A stretch of DNA of 64,000 nt from the human T2T-CHM13v2.0 reference genome, Homo sapiens. A model generated the notes under the pieces. It worked only from the letters and a program-made list of their open reading frames with translations. It was not told where the DNA came from and did not search any database. Location: NCBI RefSeq assembly GCF_009914755.1, contig NC_060940.1. The stretch is one strand, 5' to 3'. This document shows, piece after piece, positions 58,098-64,000 of this stretch. The translations under genes were made by a program, and so were the position numbers. Within the stretch, counting starts at the first letter, position 1. Each line of letters opens with the position of its first letter.

Positions 58098-58514
58098 ATA
58101 TAATTTAATTCTTACAACAACCTTGATGAGTACATTGAGGTTCACAGAGGTGAAGTCACCTACCCAAGGCCACACAGCTAGTGGCAGGGCTGTGGTTTGA
58201 AGCTATGTACATCTAATTCCCAAGCCAGTGCTTATACCTACTCAGATGGATGCCTCCAAATAAATTGGTACCCAATTTCAGGGATGGAGGAGACTTGGGC
58301 TTGGGAGATTGGATGCTGAAGCACTGTTATGAAGTTGTGGACGTTACCAGGGGTCAGCCACAATTTCGGGCATATCATGGGAGAACAATGGTGAGCTTGG
58401 GGAATTGTGTTTTTGTTTGACATCAATTGGAGGGCATGTCAGCACTAAGCATGTTCTGATGGGAGAAGGACATCACATAATGAACTTGGAATGTATGTTG
58501 GCTGCACATTTTTT

Positions 58515-58900
58515 CAATCATTAATTCAGCATTTTTTGGGCACCAACTCTGTGCTTGGTGCTGTGATATAATGGGCAAAGGAGCCAGGCCAACTTCCTGC
58601 CCCTATGGAACATGCATTCAAGTGGAGGAGATGGACAATATGTCAACCAATAAATACAGAATAAATATACATCATGATTATCACCTTGAAGAACATAAGT
58701 AGGGTGTTGTAATATGGGTAATGGGTTAGTGGATATTTTATATAGGGAGTCAGGAAGGTCTTCCTGAGGTGGGACCATATAAGCCATGTGAAGGCTGGGA
58801 AGAAGCCAGGAAAAACAATGTCAGGCAGCAGGAACAGCAAGGACAGAGATGTCTGGTAGGAATAGACCCAATGTGTTCTAGCAATAGACAGAAGGATAAT
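58515..58900 (-). mobile_element. L2 fragment (continues ~59960-60430)
   Basis: 'cctgccctatggaacatgcattc', 'gtcaggaaggtcttcctgagg', 'gggagccactgaagggttttaagc', 'ggggtcaaagatgatgcc'. Confidence 0.75.
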
Positions 58901-58995
58901 ATACAGGGCTATTCAAAGTACCAGTCTATGAGAAGGTAAGGAGCTTGCACCAGAGTGTACATTAATGCACTGCTTCCTTCATTGAGAAAGTCTAA

Positions 58996-59383
58996 TGTCT
59001 TAGTCCATTTGTGTTGCTATAAAGGCATGTTTACTTGCCCCATAGTTCTTCAGGCTGTACAACAAGTATGGCACAAACATCTACTTCTGGTGAGGGCTTC
59101 AGGCTGCTTCCAATCATGGCAGAAGGGGAAGCGGAGGAGCTGGTGTGGGCAGGTATCATACGGTGAGGGAGGAGGTAAGGTGGATGGAGGGAGGTGCCAA
59201 TTTCTTTTAAACAACCAGCTCTTGAGGGAGCTCTCATGGAAACTAGGGCAGCACAAAGTCGTTCATGAGGGATCTGCCCCCATGACCCAAACACCTCCCA
59301 TTAGGCCCCACCTCCAACACTGGGGATCATATTTCAGCATTAGATTTGGAGGGGTCAAACAAACCATATCCAAACTTACAACA
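58996..59383 (-). mobile_element. MSTB-like MaLR LTR
   Basis: 'tgtcttagtccatttgtgttgctataaagg...gatctgccccatgacccaaacacctcccattaggccccacctccaacactgggga'. Confidence 0.88.
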
Positions 59384-59499
59384 CGTGACTATGAAAAAAT
59401 GTCAGTGGAACTAAGCAGTGTGCTTAGTGATGTAGTTAATTGACATTCTTGCCCAAGTGCCTTGTCTCACCATAAACTGGTTTTTTGTGCATGGTAGGT

Positions 59500-59960
59500 G
59501 GTCCAGGGCCACCCATTGAGTAATACTGAAGGGGCAGGGGCTGTTGGTGTTCTACTCATAACTCCCCAGTCTATATGGGTAGTCAGGGTTTACTGTGTCT
59601 TTCTGTCTCAGAGTGTTCTCCAGCCCCAGGTGAGTGCTCTGCCAGAGCTCTGGGAAGCTGTGTCCCCAGAATGACCCTCAACAATGTGGTCTGGGACAAG
59701 GTGGATAAACTCCCCAGCTTCCCCACCTTGTGCTGGCACAGCTCTCAGGCATGTCCACATAAAGGCTCCCCAGCAGAACTAAGCCCCAGTTGTCTACAGA
59801 GGTAACCCACTCATTAATGCGCCCTGCCTCAGCTTTCCTCTGTTCTCTATTGCACTTTCCCTACTCTCTCATGATGCTTTCTGGGATCACCTCCCAAATT
59901 ATCTACTTGAAACCCATTCCTTGTCTCCAGGTTTGCTTCTGGGTGAACCACACTAGAGAG
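59500..59960 (+). mobile_element. LTR16-like ERVL LTR
   Basis: 'ccccagttgtctacagaggtaacc...ctgggatcacctcccaaattatctacttgaaacccattccttgtctccaggtttgcttctggg'. Confidence 0.65.
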
Positions 59961-61210
59961 TATGGCTGGAATGTAACAGAGGGCACCTGGTGTTGTGGAC
60001 GTCAGAGACCTGCGCTGGGCCAGGTCATGCAGACCCTACAGACTATGAGAAGAAACTTGGACTTGATTCGAAGCGTGTGGGAGCCACTGAAGGGTTTTAA
60101 GCGGGTGGGGGGAGGGGGAAAGGGGGATACTACATAATCCAATTTATAATTTAAAACGCTCTTCTGGTTTCAATTCGTAGAAAAGGTTGAACAGGAGCAA
60201 AAGTAGAAGCAGGCAATAAGTTGGAAAGTTTTTTGAAGCAGCCCAGGGCAGGGCTGATGGAAGCTAGGGGTGAAGAAATGGAGGTGCCTGCAAAGATCTT
60301 AGATATATTTTGGGGGACAAACCAATAGGACTTGCTGGTAGATGGATGGTTGGGGACAGTGAGAGGGAGGGGTCAAAGATGATGCCTTGATTTCTGGACC
60401 TCTGGTGGGGATTAAAGGAGCCAGGAGGTATTCTGGCATGAAAGGCATTCACAAAGTGAATAATTAGGGAGAGTGTCTCTGCTTTGATAGCTCCCCCAAA
60501 TTTAACTAAGCCACACTGGCTTATTTATGCAGTGAGTAAGTATGAACAGTATGTATCTGAGTAGAGTCTCTGAGATAATCTCTGTAAAATCACCACCACA
60601 GGCCACAAAGAGAAGCTGTTCCCTTTACTTCACCAAACATAGGGGCATTAAACTTAACAGGCTAAAAAATGAAGTGTAAGACCAGCCCAGTGACCGTGAC
60701 AGCTGCTGACAAGCTCACACAAAGGGGATGCCCTCAAAGTGAAATGAGGGACACTGAAGACACAGGATAGAGACCTGGGACCAAGGCCCTGAGCTACAAT
60801 AGCTAGGAGCTTCTAAACCACCATCCTCAAACCATAGAAGGAAAGTGTGCATTTCCCAAGATCTGGCTGCAAAGGGAGAAAGTGAGTAAGAGACCTTGGG
60901 CCATGTTTTATTCAGAGTGTGACTTTTTCCAGACAGGGTATCTGGAACAAAACACAAACCAATAATACTGATGTTTTAACAAACAGACCAAGACCACTTA
61001 AACACACCAAATGATGGTTTCTGTAGGAAGCAATCTCCTTGGATAACCTAGAGTTACGGGTTTTCACAGAGAAATGTCCAAAGTTAGCATGGGCTGCCTT
61101 AAATTGCAGTGAGCATCTCACCAGTGGATGGGATGGGTACTTGGTAGCATTGCAAGCGGGGATATTGATGGGAATGGTCTGATTCCAGTACTGAAATTCA
61201 GCTGTTTTAG

Positions 61211-61593
<383 letters not shown>

Positions 61594-61709
61594 GATATCT
61601 GACTTTATATTTTGCTTTGTTTACCACTCTCTTTCTCTCTTTGTTTGTTCTCACCAAAAACAAATTCTGTTTTAATCAAAAAGCCTGACCGCCAATGAGC
61701 GCTGTCTAA

Positions 61710-61925
61710 AGCAGTGCATAGAGGGTGAGCATATGCTTTAGACTTAGATCAATAGGGTTCAAATCTCGGCTCTGCCCCTTACTAGCTGTGTGGTCTTGGG
61801 CAAATTAGGTAGGTACTGTGTATTTGAGCTTCTAATCGTAAGTGGGGGTAATACCTGATAGCACTGCATGAAGACTAACTGTATCAATGCAGGTAAAGCA
61901 TCAGGGCAGCACCTGGTTCATTGTC
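61710..61925 (+). mobile_element. MIR
   Basis: 'gggttcaaatctcggctctgcccttactagctgtgtggtcttgggcaaatt'. Confidence 0.75.
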
Positions 61926-62217
61926 AAGTCTCCGTAAGTGTTGGTGGTAGTGAGGTTTGTGTCTGGGGTCTGAAAGTGCATCTTGAGGAATGTTTCAATA
62001 CGATCTGAGCCAGGGCAGTGTCTCCACCTGGAAGGGTCTGCATCCTTAGCTGGGGGAGGGGTCTCATCAGATGAACTGTTAGATGGTGCCTTTGATTGCC
62101 TGTGGCCCCACAGCTCAGTGACTACACAGTAATTGCCACCAATACCATGCTGACCTACCTGCCCAGACACTTCAGGAACCTTGGGAAAAGGGTAGGGAGG
62201 GCTTTGAAAGGTACTTT

Positions 62218-64000
62218 GTTTTTAAATTTTAAAAATAATTTTAGCTTTTATTTTAGAATCAGGTGGTACATGTGCAGGTTTCTTACATGGCATATTACAT
62301 GATGCTGAGGTTTGGGGTATGACTGATCCCATTATCCAGTTACTGAGCATAGTACTCAACAGTTAGATTTTCAACACTTGCTCTCCTCCCTCTTCCCCCA
62401 TCTGATGGTCCCAATGTGTCTGTTGTTCCCAATTTTATGTCCATGTGTACTCAGTGTTTAGCTACCACTTACAAGTGAGACTATGTGGTATTTGGTTTCT
62501 ATTCCTGCATTAATTTGCTTAAGATAATGGCCTCCAGCTGCATCCATGTTGCTGCAAAGGACATGATTTTGTTCTTTTTTTAATGGCTACGTAGTATTCC
62601 ATGGTGTATATGTACTACATTTTCTTTATCCATTCCACTGTTGATGGGCACCTAGGTTGAGTCCATGTCTTTGCTAATGTGAATAGCGCTGTGATGAACA
62701 TAGGAATACATGTGTCTTTCTCATAGAATGATCTATTTTCCTTTAGGTATATACCCAGTAATGGGTTTGCTGGATTGAATGGTACCTCTGTTTTAAGTTC
62801 TTTGAGAAATCTTCAAACTGCTTTCTACAGTGGCTGAACTAATTTACATTCCCACCAACAGTGTATTAGTGTTCCTTTTTCTCTGCAACCTCACCAGCAT
62901 CTGTTATTTACTGACTTTTTAATGATAGCCATTCTGACTGGTGTCAGATGGTATCTCATTGTGGTTTTAATTTGCATTTCTGTGATGATTAGTGATGATG
63001 AGCACTTTTTCATATATTTGTTGGCTACTTGTATGTCTTCATTTGAGCAGTGTCTGTTGATGTCTTTTGCCCACTTTTTAACAGGGTTATTTGTTTTTTA
63101 CTTGTTGAGTTGTTTAAGTTCCTTATAAATTCTGGATATTAGACCTTTGCTGAATGCACAGTTTGCGAATATTTTCTCCCATCCTGTAGGTTATCTGTTT
63201 ACTGTATTGATAATTTCTTCCACTGTGCAGAAGCTCGTTAGTTTAATTAGGTCCCACATGTTAATTTCTGTTTTTGTTGCAATTGCTTTTGAGGACTTAG
63301 TCATAAATTCTTTTCCAAGGCAGATGTTCAGAATGGTGTTTCCTAGGCTTTCTTCCAGGATTATTACAGTTTGAGGTCTTACACTTAACTATTTAAACCG
63401 CCTTGAGTTAATTTTTGTATATGGTGAATGGTAGGGGTCCAGTTTCATTCTTCTGCATATAGCTAGCCAGCTATGTCAGCACTATTTATTGAGTAGAGAG
63501 TCCTTTCCCCATTGATAATTTTTGTCAACTTTGTCAAAGATCAAATGGCTGTAGATGTGTGGCTTTATTTCTGAGTTCTCTATTCTGTTCCATTGGTTTA
63601 TATGTCTGTTTTTGTACCAGTACCATGCTGTTTTGGTTACTGTAGCCTTATAGTATACTTTGAAGTTGAGTTACACGATGTCTCTGGATTTATTTAGGAT
63701 TTTGCTTTGGCTATTCAGGCTGTTTTTTGGTTCCATATGAGTTTTAGAATAGTTGTTTCCAATTCTCTGAAAAATGACATTGGTAGTTTGATAGGAATAG
63801 CATTGAATCTGTAGATTGTTTTGGGCAGTATGGACATTTTCGTGATATTGATTCTTCCAATCCATGAGCATGGAATGTTTTTCCATTTGTTTGTGTCATC
63901 TCTGATTTCTTTTAGCAGTGTTTCTTAGTTCTCCTCAGAGAGCTCTTCCGCCTCCTTGTTAGATACAGTCCTAGGTATTTTTTTAGTGCGTGTGTCTATT
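62218..64000 (-). mobile_element. L1PA15/16-like LINE-1 3' part; runs off the window end
   Basis: 3' end 'ggtacatgtgcaggtttcttacatggcatattacatgatgctgaggtttgggg' followed by continuous antisense ORF2 sequence. Confidence 0.92.

Overview
This is primate, most likely human, non-coding genomic DNA. It is CpG-poor and contains no recognisable protein-coding exon. Bases ~1-42 kb are almost wall-to-wall nested transposable elements: a near full-length L1MA, a full-length L1PA6/7, older L1MB/MC/ME pieces, HSMAR2, Tigger1, MER2, MER44, MER1B, MADE1, MaLR/ERVL/ERV1 LTRs, many Alus and a U13 snoRNA retrocopy. Bases ~42-64 kb hold more unique sequence mixed with MIR, L2, Alu and LTR pieces. All long ORFs trace to L1 ORF2, Tigger/mariner transposase remnants, Alus or low-complexity tracts. 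Repeat family and subfamily calls come from my recall of consensus sequences, not from a RepeatMasker run. I did not find a novel biological system. The most interesting signals are mechanistic: (1) an apparently L1-retroposed, polyadenylated LTR8/ERV1 transcript at 16.4-17.2 kb; (2) a stack of three L1 3' ends plus a full-length L1 inside one TSD at 23.1-30.5 kb; (3) a U13 retrocopy with a locally templated inverted junction at 20.05-20.19 kb; (4) an HSMAR2 split by an 8 kb L1 and fused by microhomology to another L1; (5) several + strand candidate non-coding exons together with a strong minus-strand L1 bias.
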